Source of the DNA: a virus
IMG/VR virus record: IMGVR_UViG_3300002307_000034
Coordinates: 40,951 to 104,950 of that record
DNA: 64,000 nt
Strand: one strand, 5' to 3'
Shown here: piece by piece, positions 1 through 11,500 of the stretch
Layout of the letters: every line of letters begins with the position of its first letter
How positions within the stretch are numbered: position 1 is the first letter of the stretch
Notes under the pieces: generated by a model
What the model was told of the DNA's origin: nothing
What the model saw: only the letters and a program-made list of their open reading frames with translations
The model's database searches: none
Program-made: the position numbers and the translations under genes

Positions 1-284
1 GAGCATTCTACAACAGCACTTACCACTGGTTTATTTTTAAAAGCATTTGGTGGAACAACAAGATCTAGGGTTTCTTTTGCCCCATTAATTGTAATAGCCA
101 CTGTAGTCTGAAAAACAGACATTGCTTGTATTGTACCTGATTGTAAGTATGGAAAAACTGAGGCTGAAGCATAATCTCTGCCTTTATAATAATATTGCCC
201 TTTAGACAAAAATTGTTGAACTGATGCCACTTGTGAGCTTAAAGAGCTTATTACTGTTGCATCTATAACTACATTACTTGCCAT
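1..284 (-). CDS. Partial probable minor tail/structural protein (runs off window start)
   Basis: ATG at 284 preceded by AAGGAG; open frame MASNVVIDATVISSLSSQ... to the window edge; not in ORF track. Confidence 0.6.
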   Translation of the reverse strand, partial: MASNVVIDATVISSLSSQVASVQQFLSKGQYYYKGRDYASASVFPYLQSGTIQAMSVFQTTVAITINGAKETLDLVVPPNAFKNKPVVSAVVEC

Positions 285-309
285 ATTTTTCTCCTTGTAC
301 TATTATACC

Positions 310-504
310 TTATGTTAAATTTGGAACTACAAATACATATCCTACAGACCAATCAGAAACAGCATTATTGTCTCCGCCAACTGCTTGTACTTGAACAACA
401 TATGATGTTCCAGCTTTTAATCCTGTAAGTGTTACAGATGATACTGGTAAAGGATTTCCTGCTGCATCATATATTATTTGCCCTGGAGTTGCTAATACCA
501 TCAT
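310..504 (-). CDS. Small fibronectin type III-like protein
   Basis: TLTGLKAGTSYVVQVQAVG...SDWS matches the FN3 C-terminal pattern. Confidence 0.6.
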   Translation of the reverse strand: MMVLATPGQIIYDAAGNPLPVSSVTLTGLKAGTSYVVQVQAVGGDNNAVSDWSVGYVFVVPNLT

Positions 505-2471
505 GTCACCTGCAAATGATATTCAATATCCATTTGCTGTCCTGAATTTTTAATAATTGGTGTGGTAAATAAAGATCTACTTGTAAGCTGATATTCTGGT
601 GGAAGAATAACAACTGTAGCTGAAACAGCTTTGGCTGGTGATCCTATTGTTGCTGTCCCCGTTGTGGCATTTGCAACCACAAATGTATTCTGTGTTGGAA
701 CAGAATAAATTGTAAATGTTCCACTATAGCCGGAAGGAGTTATACCAGATATAACCACCTGATTACCGATTGCAAAATTATGAGAACCAGAAGTTGTATA
801 TTTTACGTATCCAGAACTTGGTGATGATGGGGTGACTGTTGATATAGCCAATGTTCCAGCATACGGATGTCCTGTCCAATAATCATTTGTTACAATCTTT
901 AAAGAATCAAGATATATAACAGATGGTCCTGCTGACATAGTTATGCTTATAGAATTTGTAGTTATTCCTGCTGATGGAAAATTTGATGGTAATGGAATTC
1001 TTGCTACATTTAATCCTACATTTGTAACAATTCCTGTTGCTGCACATACAAATGGAGATGAAGAGTTTGTATTGTCTGTAAGATTAACTGTTATTGCAGT
1101 ATTATTTGCTGCTGATCCAGAATAATATAATAGTAATAAACTATCAGATGATGAATGTCCTGTTGTATCCAAAGATATATTATTAATTGATAATGTATCA
1201 TTAGAATTTAATGCAATATTAAATTGACCATATGTGCTTGGTTGTTGTAAAGTTGTAGAGTTTAATGACAATGTTCCACCGTATCCATATTGTGTTGATC
1301 CAGTTGAATTAGAAGATCCCATGGTTACTACTACTTGATAGTTACCATTAATTTGATAAACTGTTCCTGCTCCAGATGGTGTCAATGTTGATCCAGATGC
1401 TGCAGTTGCTCCTGTTATATAAACGGAACTTCCTACATTAAGTCCCGATGCATCTCCAATATTTAAAGTTACATTTGAAGTTCCTGTTAACCATGTATAC
1501 CCGGATTGTTGTGATAATGCTGAACCATTTATTGTTGTTTGTCCTAATACTGATACTTGCGATCCGGTTGATGAACTTGACCATTTACTTAAAGAAGAAT
1601 CTGTATTTGATTTTTCAGAAAAGCCCGTAAGGTTTCTTGTACTTGCATTATTACTTTGTTTTAAATTAATTGGAATAATGCCAACTTCAGATATTCTTGC
1701 TGATAAAGCTGGATCTAGAGTAGCTTTTACAATTATTTCATTATTAAAAATTGAATTTCCTAAATTATTAGTTAGCACTGTTAATAATGCTGTATTACTT
1801 GAAACTACAGTAGAAGATACATCTGTATTAGTTTTTAAATATTGAACTTGGTATCCATATGATTGTACTGCAGTTCCTCCGGAAACATACGATCCTGTAG
1901 CTGCATTTGTTATTGTAAATTGTGATGTAGAAGCGGAAGCAATAACTCCAGTTATATTATATGTTGCTGGATTTACTCCAGTAATGACTACTGTTTCTCC
2001 GACTGTAAATGAATTTGTTGCTGTATAGGTAATTGTTCCACCTGTTGCAGAAACATTTGTTATTGTAGCCTGCAATGGCTGAATTGATGTTATGTTATAT
2101 GTTCCATTAAATACTGAATCTATACCAGTCACTTGTATTTTATATCCTGATGTTAGCAAAGGTGATGATATTGATTTAAAGTTTAAATATGCAACATTGC
2201 TTGTTAATTGTTTATTAAGAATAGCAAATTTAGGACTCATTTTTGCATATGACTTTAAAGTAATTGGCATTCTATCTATTTCATAATATAAAACTTTATC
2301 TGTTAATGCAGGTGATACTGGAACAGCACCTATGGTTAATCCACCCGCCCAGTCAATGCTTGACTTAGCCAGGTGTCTATTAATCATATAGAAACCATTT
2401 GTAGTAATTAAATTTTCTTGCTCGGCAATAATTTTACCGTTTGATTTTATTATATATTTACCTTTTATCAT
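501..2471 (-). CDS. Minor tail protein
   Basis: Position in tail tip module; Thr/Ser/Gly-rich with repeated beta modules; N-terminal NLITTNG motif. Confidence 0.65.
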   Translation of the reverse strand: MIKGKYIIKSNGKIIAEQENLITTNGFYMINRHLAKSSIDWAGGLTIGAVPVSPALTDKVLYYEIDRMPITLKSYAKMSPKFAILNKQLTSNVAYLNFKSISSPLLTSGYKIQVTGIDSVFNGTYNITSIQPLQATITNVSATGGTITYTATNSFTVGETVVITGVNPATYNITGVIASASTSQFTITNAATGSYVSGGTAVQSYGYQVQYLKTNTDVSSTVVSSNTALLTVLTNNLGNSIFNNEIIVKATLDPALSARISEVGIIPINLKQSNNASTRNLTGFSEKSNTDSSLSKWSSSSTGSQVSVLGQTTINGSALSQQSGYTWLTGTSNVTLNIGDASGLNVGSSVYITGATAASGSTLTPSGAGTVYQINGNYQVVVTMGSSNSTGSTQYGYGGTLSLNSTTLQQPSTYGQFNIALNSNDTLSINNISLDTTGHSSSDSLLLLYYSGSAANNTAITVNLTDNTNSSSPFVCAATGIVTNVGLNVARIPLPSNFPSAGITTNSISITMSAGPSVIYLDSLKIVTNDYWTGHPYAGTLAISTVTPSSPSSGYVKYTTSGSHNFAIGNQVVISGITPSGYSGTFTIYSVPTQNTFVVANATTGTATIGSPAKAVSATVVILPPEYQLTSRSLFTTPIIKNSGQQMDIEYHLQVT

Positions 2472-3352
2472 ACTGTTGCACTTATCCTAAAATTATAACT
2501 TACAGCTCCACCCACTGAATCAAACTTTACGCTTGTTGTATATACAGTAGATGAAATTATTGTTGCAGATCCATTAATTATAACAGTTTCTGTTATAGGG
2601 ACTGCAATAAAAGATGATGGATCTATATAAATATTTTCTGGAGTATCCAAAGCATAGGTTGGAGCAGGAATTGCTGAAGTAGGTTGTGGAACAGATTGCA
2701 CATCAGTAGATATTGATGGAGCACTTTCTACAGATCCCGATCCGCCATTTGCTGGAGGTATAGTTATATCAAGTGTGGGGGCATCAATAATTGGAGAAGA
2801 GTTAACTGAGCTATAATCTATTACAGATCCCAAAGAGCTGGAAGAATATGTAGATGTTGAAACACTTGTATCAGTTCCAAGTGTTTGTAAAGAGCTTCCC
2901 CAGGCTCCAGGTCCGTAACCAACGTCCCAATATAATTTCCACCCAGTTTGAGGATAATATTGATAGTGTTGATTTGCACCAGCATCTGTTGGCATTGGTG
3001 GGATTAAAGATGTTCTCCATGCTGAAAAATCTGAAGCAGTTGGAACATAGCCATTTATTGCTCTAAAAGCAATTGCAAAAGCTTCTGTATTCCTAGGGTC
3101 TGTTGGATACAATGGTTGAATTGTTGTATTTGTAGGATTTGAAATTGGTTGAGTATAGCTTGATACATTTGAACTTGACGAAGTTGTTGAAGTTGTTGAT
3201 GGTCCCGAAGCAGCTATGATCCCAGCAAGTGTTGTTGTATCAACTGTTGGTCCTGGATTAGTTGGTACATTTGCAGCAGGATCAATGTAAGTCCAAGTTG
3301 TTGCACTTGGACTAGGTTCATTACCTCCATCAATTAGCATTCTATCGTACAT
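2468..3352 (-). CDS. Putative tail-associated protein (Ser/Thr/Pro-rich)
   Basis: SD AGGTGGTGA and extended -10 upstream; position in tail module. Confidence 0.45.
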   Translation of the reverse strand: MYDRMLIDGGNEPSPSATTWTYIDPAANVPTNPGPTVDTTTLAGIIAASGPSTTSTTSSSSNVSSYTQPISNPTNTTIQPLYPTDPRNTEAFAIAFRAINGYVPTASDFSAWRTSLIPPMPTDAGANQHYQYYPQTGWKLYWDVGYGPGAWGSSLQTLGTDTSVSTSTYSSSSLGSVIDYSSVNSSPIIDAPTLDITIPPANGGSGSVESAPSISTDVQSVPQPTSAIPAPTYALDTPENIYIDPSSFIAVPITETVIINGSATIISSTVYTTSVKFDSVGGAVSYNFRISATV

Positions 3353-3380
3353 TAAATCACCACCTTCTATATTATATCAT

Positions 3381-6300
3381 TTATGCAAAAATCATTGGTT
3401 TTAATATCAATTGTGTTGTAAGACCATTGTTATATGATTGTGTAACTGATTTTACAAAATAATATGTTGGACTTTGAGTTCCTATTCTTTTTAATGAATA
3501 AGTAAACTTACAAAAATCTCCGACTTGAATTAAAGGATTTCCAAATACTTGAATTGATATTTCTTTATGAAATCCAGTAAGCAAGCTTGCAGAATCAAGT
3601 AATATTCGATATGCATCATTTTCTCCTTGAACCCAGTCTGTTGTTAATTGAACAGATGTATTTGAATATTTTCTGTCAATTACTTTTTCGAGCACTATTT
3701 GATTAGTTAAAAATTGATAATTTGCTTGAATTTGCAAAGGAAATATTGTTAAGTTTCCTATGTTATCGCCTGGTGCCTTTAACCATAATATTTGATTATG
3801 ATTATTTACAACAGCAAATCTTGATCTAAACGGGGTCATGGCAACTTTTGAATATGACCCATCCCATGAATCAACTCTACCCATAATAATGTTAGTTAAG
3901 TTATTATTAGCAGTTGCAGTGCCATAAAATACTTTTTGTAAAACTGCTGTATTTGGCAAAACAGGAGATAATGAATGTTTAACATCATAAAATTTAAAAC
4001 CACGAACTTGTGGTTTAGCTTGCCATAAATAATGATCAACTGAATTTTGTATACCGTGAACAATATTATCCAAAAACTTTTCTGTATTAAAATGATATCT
4101 TGGAAGATATTTAAAATCAGCTTGATTATTTAATTCATCAACTACTGGAAACTTAGATGCATATATTTCTGTTAATTTTGCAGAAGCAATTCCATTTTTA
4201 ATACATGAAACAAATGCTCCAAAATTTGATGTGCCATTGGGGACTATGCTAGTTATAAAGCTATCTAATTGTATTTTAGATATTTCTCTGCCATCAACAT
4301 ATATATATAAATATGGACTTGACATATATACAGAAATTCTATGATTTACACCATCAAATAAATCTAAAGACAGCACTTGGCTATATACTGCAGAATTTAT
4401 TTTATTGTTAATTGCTTTTGAATATGTTGTTGCATTTCCATTTGGACTTCCGGTAAATAATTCTATTTTGGTATTAGCCTGTCCATATCTTGATACGGTA
4501 AGAAATTGTGCATTTGAAGTATCTCCAGCAACAACATTAAAAAATAATCCAAACTGAGTTTGATCAGCATGTCTATAACTTGAATTAAATGTTGCTGCAA
4601 AATAATTATAATTTTTTGAAAGTTCATTTGGAGATAATAATGTAGATTGTCCAACTATTGAATTTGACATTCTTGCAGTTCCATAAGTAAATGCTGTACC
4701 ATCTCCAAGAGATCCAAATCCAACTGTAGTCGTTCCAGTCATTAATTTTGCTGAATTAAAATATGATGATGGATCAACTGTTCCTGATATGGCATTTGCT
4801 GTGTCCGCAGCACTATCATAAATATTATGATCTTTAATTGGAGTATTATATTTTCCACGCATTACACCTACAGCTTTTCCTGTAGGGTAATATCTAATTT
4901 CTTCAAAAGTTTGACCTAAAGAATTTACATAATCTTTTATTTCTCTTATTGCATTATCTATATCTGATGGACCCGTAATTATTTTATTTATACTTAAATT
5001 AAAATTATTACTTGGAAAGAATCTATATTCCAAACCTTCATAAGATAATATTTCAGATCCTATAAAAACATCACCCTTATTGTTTGCAATTGTTCTAGGT
5101 AAACTTAATATTATAGAAGGATCAAAATTAAAATAATTTTGATATGTAGTCATTGATTTTGAAATTTCTGTACAAGGAAGTGCATTTTCTACATCTTCTT
5201 GCCAAACAGTTTTAACAGTATCTCTTTTTTTGGATATTAATCCAATTTGAGAATTTAAATCTGAAACATAATCGCTATAATTTGTGTTGGGAATTCTATA
5301 ATTTATTATTACTTTTCCAACTTTTGGTCCTATTGATTCTTGAAATGTAGAAGGAATTATATTAGCAGTATAAGAAATTCCATCTACTGTTTCTGCTTTA
5401 TCTGTAACCGAAAAGTCTGCTGCAAAAGTGTTTGCATTAAATTTATTTAAAATTGATTTTAAACTTATAAATTTCATCATTCCATATTCATCAAAAAATG
5501 CAGAAATTTGATGTGCTACAAATAAACTTTGCAAAGCATCAAATAAAGTTATTTGCTCATCAGTCCAAAAATAATGAATTTTTGCTTTTTGATCTAATGC
5601 GTTGACTAGGCTATCGTAATCGTAATCACTAAAACCAGATATGTTAAATAAATCAGTTATAATTTCTAAAAGCCCAGCATTTGTAGCAGAGTATTGTGGT
5701 GCTGCCATTGCCATCATTAAATATTTTGATTGATCAAAAGCACTTACAGTTACATTATCAATATCATTAATTTGCCAAACATCTGAATAAAATATTCCAG
5801 ATGGTATGGAGCCAGCAAATGTACTCATGGGGGAAGTATAAAAACAGGAAAACTTTACGCCTTGTCTCATTAAATTATAAAATGTAGCTTCTTTAGCATC
5901 ATTTTCAAATATAGTAAAAGGTTGATTATTATATGTAATTGGAATATTACTTATGCTTAAATTTAAACTATTTGAACTGATATAACCTATTGGAAAAGAT
6001 TGATCTCCTGTAGAAGATGATTCTTTTGTAATTGATTTAGACATTATTAGCGGAGATATATCTATTTCAAGTCTTGGAGAAACTTCAATAATACTAAATG
6101 ATGTAGCAGAGGTGCTGCTTTGAGCATCAATATTTATATTATTAGAATTTGGTTCAATTGTATTAACTTGTATATGTAAACCTTTTATTGAAACAAATAA
6201 ATCATTTCCCGCAAATGTTTGTATTTGTCCATTTTGATTTAATTGAGGTGGGACAGCCCATTTATTTTGAGACCATCCAGCACCATTATAATAAAGAACT

Positions 6301-7775
6301 GCAGTATCATCATTATTAAATTTAATATCAGAAGCAATAATTACATCTCCTGCATTTGTATTTAAAACAATATTAATTGTTTGTGCTGTAGAAAAAAAAG
6401 TATTTGCTTTAATTACAATTTTGTTTACTTTCATATAATTTTCATATTGTGCTTGAATACCAGTGTAGTTTATGCCCGGTTCAGAGACATAGAATTTAAA
6501 TCTATCATATATAGAAGGTACATATTGTTTATACGGATATGTATTTTGTATAATTATTTCTGGATTTTGTGTATAAAAAGAACAAGGTTTAGTAGCTTGA
6601 TTCCATGAACCATAATTAATAAATCTGGATGGATCAGTAGAAGGCAATAATGTATTTAATAATGTTTCTCCAGGTCTCCCCGCTTGAAATACAGATTCAG
6701 TTGGATAATAATTATTAAATAAGAAATCATATTCAGTAATTTCATATATCTCAAACTTGTCAGAATAAAAAGTATATCCTTGATAATCTGCATAAACATT
6801 TAAAGTTAACTTAATTTTATCAAAAGCTTGACTTGTAGAAGTTGGCCTTGTTCCAAACCATACCTCTACTTTCTGCCAAGAGGAAGGATCTACCATTGCA
6901 GTACCGGACGGAACATAATTTTCAGAATTATTATCATTATAAATTTTTACAAAATAGGATCCATTTATTAATGTTGTATTGTTATAACAATCAATTTTTG
7001 GACTTACATATACTTTATTTGTAAAATTACTTGCTGGTGCATTATTATTATTTGACCCAGCAATTATATTATCAGTAAATGTTATTATGCTTCCAGTACT
7101 TGATAAAGTTGTTATGTAAGTTGGATTATTATCATTTTCAATTTCTGAACGATATATTTCATACCCGGAAGCATTTTTGCTTGTTGCAATATCTAAAATA
7201 ACTTGGGAGCTTGATAAATTAGAAAATCCAATTTGATCTGTAAATGAAATATAATCTAAACCATAGGACTCTCCATCTGAGCCGATTGGTACAATTCTAT
7301 AATACCAATTTGTAGTCCCGCCTGGTGAGCCTGGATGTAAACTTACTGGAGTACCAGAGTAATCTCCTATAGAAATAGGGGTCCCAAAAGTTTGTATGGT
7401 TTTAGATCTTAAATAAAAAACCATTTTGTAATATTTGCTTTGAGCTGAAGATGAAACTGTTATGGGTACAGTTGTTATTTGATCTCCATTGCCAGATATA
7501 TAAAATTGAGGACAGGAAGGATTTTGATCAACTTCTGTTATTTTTCCTACTGTTGTGCTTATTGTTGCACCATTTAAAGAAGACCATTTTGTTGGATCTG
7601 ATAAATCTAATGACGGATTATATTGATTTATTCTGTCATTTGTCCATGATGATGCGGTAACGTAAGGCTGATAAAATGCATTATAATTCCATTCGGCATA
7701 AACATTAGGAATTAAGTTTATAGCTGATGAAGATGCAAAAGTTTGTTTAGCATTTGTATCGCTTACATTTAGCAT
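3381..7775 (-). CDS. Large minor tail protein (tail tip/hub-like)
   Basis: 1464 aa, second gene after TMP; C-terminal GNPLIQVGD...YFVKSV pattern typical of hub proteins. Confidence 0.7.
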   Translation of the reverse strand: MLNVSDTNAKQTFASSSAINLIPNVYAEWNYNAFYQPYVTASSWTNDRINQYNPSLDLSDPTKWSSLNGATISTTVGKITEVDQNPSCPQFYISGNGDQITTVPITVSSSAQSKYYKMVFYLRSKTIQTFGTPISIGDYSGTPVSLHPGSPGGTTNWYYRIVPIGSDGESYGLDYISFTDQIGFSNLSSSQVILDIATSKNASGYEIYRSEIENDNNPTYITTLSSTGSIITFTDNIIAGSNNNNAPASNFTNKVYVSPKIDCYNNTTLINGSYFVKIYNDNNSENYVPSGTAMVDPSSWQKVEVWFGTRPTSTSQAFDKIKLTLNVYADYQGYTFYSDKFEIYEITEYDFLFNNYYPTESVFQAGRPGETLLNTLLPSTDPSRFINYGSWNQATKPCSFYTQNPEIIIQNTYPYKQYVPSIYDRFKFYVSEPGINYTGIQAQYENYMKVNKIVIKANTFFSTAQTINIVLNTNAGDVIIASDIKFNNDDTAVLYYNGAGWSQNKWAVPPQLNQNGQIQTFAGNDLFVSIKGLHIQVNTIEPNSNNINIDAQSSTSATSFSIIEVSPRLEIDISPLIMSKSITKESSSTGDQSFPIGYISSNSLNLSISNIPITYNNQPFTIFENDAKEATFYNLMRQGVKFSCFYTSPMSTFAGSIPSGIFYSDVWQINDIDNVTVSAFDQSKYLMMAMAAPQYSATNAGLLEIITDLFNISGFSDYDYDSLVNALDQKAKIHYFWTDEQITLFDALQSLFVAHQISAFFDEYGMMKFISLKSILNKFNANTFAADFSVTDKAETVDGISYTANIIPSTFQESIGPKVGKVIINYRIPNTNYSDYVSDLNSQIGLISKKRDTVKTVWQEDVENALPCTEISKSMTTYQNYFNFDPSIILSLPRTIANNKGDVFIGSEILSYEGLEYRFFPSNNFNLSINKIITGPSDIDNAIREIKDYVNSLGQTFEEIRYYPTGKAVGVMRGKYNTPIKDHNIYDSAADTANAISGTVDPSSYFNSAKLMTGTTTVGFGSLGDGTAFTYGTARMSNSIVGQSTLLSPNELSKNYNYFAATFNSSYRHADQTQFGLFFNVVAGDTSNAQFLTVSRYGQANTKIELFTGSPNGNATTYSKAINNKINSAVYSQVLSLDLFDGVNHRISVYMSSPYLYIYVDGREISKIQLDSFITSIVPNGTSNFGAFVSCIKNGIASAKLTEIYASKFPVVDELNNQADFKYLPRYHFNTEKFLDNIVHGIQNSVDHYLWQAKPQVRGFKFYDVKHSLSPVLPNTAVLQKVFYGTATANNNLTNIIMGRVDSWDGSYSKVAMTPFRSRFAVVNNHNQILWLKAPGDNIGNLTIFPLQIQANYQFLTNQIVLEKVIDRKYSNTSVQLTTDWVQGENDAYRILLDSASLLTGFHKEISIQVFGNPLIQVGDFCKFTYSLKRIGTQSPTYYFVKSVTQSYNNGLTTQLILKPMIFA

Positions 7776-8527
7776 TATATCTCCGTAAATTGCAAAGTTA
7801 CATCAACATAATCTGTTAATGTAAATCTTTTTGTTATAGTATATTTAAAGTCTGTCATAAATGCTTGATATAATTCAGTTCCGCTTCTTGGGGTTACAGT
7901 TTTATATGTTCCCGATGCTGATGCTGATGATATATTAGAAACTACAAATCTTGTTGAATCAACGGCATTTACTATATAGCTGCCATTATACTCTGTTGGA
8001 AAAATACCTGCAATGTCTACAATTTGTCCAACAGATAATCCGTGTGAAGTTGTTGTAGTAAATGTAACAGATCCAGTTGAAGGTGAATTTAAAGATTGAT
8101 TTGGCGTAACAGTAACAATTTGTATTGGATTTGTCAAAGTTCCTTTTTGAGAAGAATTAAAAGCTGTTCCTGATGCATTATCAGTTGAATTAATTAATCT
8201 TACATATATTGGTTGGAATACATATTTATCATAAAATGCTTTCATGAAAGCTGCTCCTTGACCGCCATCTGTTGTTGCTTTAAATCCACCTAGACTTACG
8301 CCATTTGTATATAAAGTATTACTTGCAGCTGGAATATATGACCATGAACAATCAATAACATTTTTATTAGCAATGACAAATTTACGCATAGTTCCATTTG
8401 CCATTCTTTGTACCTGTTCAATACGAACGGGAGCAGATTGGATAGGACCTCTATTATCGTCTGTAAGTTTATACCAGGTATTATTATCTGCTGATACCCA
8501 AATTCCTGATGCTATTGACCAAGCCAT
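7775..8527 (-). CDS. Distal tail (Dit-like) protein with inserted beta module
   Basis: Immediately after TMP; RMANGTMR motif; C-terminal VTLQFTEI. Confidence 0.6.
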   Translation of the reverse strand: MAWSIASGIWVSADNNTWYKLTDDNRGPIQSAPVRIEQVQRMANGTMRKFVIANKNVIDCSWSYIPAASNTLYTNGVSLGGFKATTDGGQGAAFMKAFYDKYVFQPIYVRLINSTDNASGTAFNSSQKGTLTNPIQIVTVTPNQSLNSPSTGSVTFTTTTSHGLSVGQIVDIAGIFPTEYNGSYIVNAVDSTRFVVSNISSASASGTYKTVTPRSGTELYQAFMTDFKYTITKRFTLTDYVDVTLQFTEI

Positions 8528-11500
8528 TATACATTTCTCCTTGTCATCTGCTTTTGAACAGATTGATTAATTTTAGTTATAACAAGATTTGCTACTTGAT
8601 TAGCATCCGCCCCTTGTGGAGGATATACATTAATTGTGTTATCTCCAAACCTTACATTGTTTGATGATACTGCATCTGATATTGCAGATGATCTTGCAGC
8701 AGATAATGCAGATTGTGGAACGGTAAATGATTTATTGTTTACAGCGTCTAAGAAAGATTTTCCATATTTACTTACAGAATCTGCTTGAATTACATATTCT
8801 CCATTTGAAAGATTTGCAGGGATAGAATCAGACTTTGAAGTTCCTGGACCCATTACATACCCACCGCTTGCTAATCCTAACTTCTTTACCAAATTTGAAA
8901 TAAGTCCTCCAAAAAGACTATTTAATAACCCTAAAGGACCACTTGCAATTGACTTTATTATTCCTGCAACTGATGTTACTGAATTTGCTATATCTTTAAT
9001 AACTTGACTTATTTTATCCCAAATTCCAGTAAACCAACCTGAAACTGGTTTAGATATTGCATTAAATATATTTGAAACAAATCCCCAAGTTTCGCTTGCC
9101 CATGTTTTTATATCTTTCCACATTTGAGAAAACCATGATGCTACGGGCTTTTCAATTTTATTCCAAATTTTATCAATGAATCCCCAGATATCGGATGCAA
9201 GCTGTTTTGTGTCTTTCCACATTGTAGAAAACCATTGTCCTACAGGTTTAGTAAGTTTATCCCAAATTTTTTGAATCCATCCCCAGGCGTCGCTTACATA
9301 TTGTGCAATTTGTTGCCATAAACTCTTATGTTTTTCAAGCCAATCATTATATTCTTTTTCAAGTTGAATATTAATATCTGATTGTACTTTTGAAGCTCCC
9401 GCACCTTTACCGCTTTGTGCTGCAGATAATGCAGCTTGTGCTGCAGCAAGTGCAGCATCTTGTGTAGCTGTGCTAATCGTCTTGCCTGGTCCTGAAGTTT
9501 TTGCTTGAAGTTCATCAATTTTTGCCTGAAGTGCATCAATTTTATTTTGTGAAGATAAATCTGCTGCAACCTTTGCAGCTGCCATAGCATCTTTGGTTTT
9601 TTGAATTTGTTGATTTTGTTGCTGAACGGCAAGAGCTATAAGATCTCCGGATCCTCTTGCTTTTACAGCTTCTGCTTCAAGATTCATTTGTGCTTGCTGA
9701 GCATCAATATTTCTTAATTGTGAATTGTATAAGTTATCACGAGCTGTTTTTTCTTTTTCTATTAATTTAATCTTGTCTTGATAATCTTTAATTGCTGTTT
9801 TATCTCCTGCTGTAGAAGTATCTCCCGCTGCTGCTTTTGCAGCATTTGCATGTGCAGCATCTGCTGCTGCTTGTGCTGCATCTACCGCAGCTTGTGCTGA
9901 TGCAGTATCAGATTTTATAGCATTTTGATATTGTGCAAATCCTGATGTTGCAGTTTTTACTCCCGCTGCTGTTCCAGCGCCAAGTATTGCGTTTTGAGAC
10001 AAGAAAAACCCTGCAGAAGCCATCTGATTAATTGCAATAATATCTTGCATTGCAACCTTATGAGCTTTTAATGTATTATTTAAACTTTGAAGTACTGGAT
10101 CAGATTTGCCCACAGTATCATTCCATGATTTAAAAGCTCCATCTGAAGACAGTGTTGCTTTTTGAACATTTGTTAATGCTGCAAATGCAGATTGAAAACC
10201 AGTAATATATTTTGGGTTAACAAGCTCTTCATATGTTGTGGGAGCTTTAGTTAATTGTGTTAATAATTGTCCTTGAGCTTGTGCTTGATAATTTTGTTGT
10301 CCTTTTCCTGCGAGGCCTGGGAATACTTTTCCAAGTCCAGCGGTGCCTAATAAGAACGGATCTAACATTCTCAATACTCTACCCGCACCATTATTTGAAT
10401 TTAAATTTTTACCAAATATATTTGCTTCACCGCCAAACAAAACGGACTTCATTACATTTCCCCAAGAACCGCCTGCTTTTGCGCCTTCAGCTGTACCCAA
10501 AACTTGACCAGCATTTATTTGTCCGCCCAAAGAATTTCCAGCTTTAGATATTACACCTGAATAAGTATCAGTTAATGCTTTTGTAGATGCAATTACTTTA
10601 TGTTGAGATGCAGCAAGTTTATCATTTAATAATGATTCTGTTAATTTTGCTTGAGTAATTGTAATTGCATGTGTTGCAACTCCATCTGCTGCCATTTTAT
10701 ATGCATTAATATTATTTGATGCATTTGCATAACTTGTTGCTATTTCGCCGTTAGCTTGTTTTGCAGCGTTTGCAGCATTTGTCATTCCATTACTAAATAT
10801 TTTAAGTCCAATTACTGCAGCTGCTGCAGGTGCAGCAAATGCAGCTGTTGCTGAAGTCATAGCTAGCATGCCGTATGTCATTGCTGCTGAAGTTGCAGTT
10901 CCTTTTGCTCCAGATAGATCTGCTCCCCCAACTGAATTTGGTATAGTTTGCATTGCAAGTGGAACACCCATCATCAATCCCATATTTAATGCCATAGGGT
11001 TTGCAGCAAATCCTTTAATTCTACCCATTAGTCCAGACATTTTGTTTGCTGAAGTTGTAACTGATCCTATACCTTTATCTGGAGACCACTGACTTCCTGG
11101 AGTACCCATATTTGGCATCCCAAGGAACGTTGAGCCCCCACCCATACCAGGAAGAGACATCTGTTGAAAACCAAGCATTGTTGATGCTGCAAGCTGTTGC
11201 CCAACTAGTTCTGCTTCTGGGAGCATTGAAGCAACACCAAGGACTTCTCCTTCAACTAATTGCTCTCCTTGTGCAAAAGCTCTTTTTGAAGGAGATCTCA
11301 TCTGAGCAGCAGTTGCTATTCCTTCTTCCCAACCAGCTAATGTTGCATTTGTAATATTTAAACCTAATAGTTTAGATTGCTGTATGACTGCTGCCATTAA
11401 TTGTGGAGTATTTGCTCCTTGAGATATAGCACTTTCATACATTTGTTGTATTCCAAGTGTTAGCTCTTCTACATTTCTTGTTGCAATTGCTGCAATTTCT

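Noticed and set aside
9000-9350. Trp-periodic repeats in the tape measure as a special element
   Set aside because: 11-residue aromatic periodicity is ordinary for tape measure proteins
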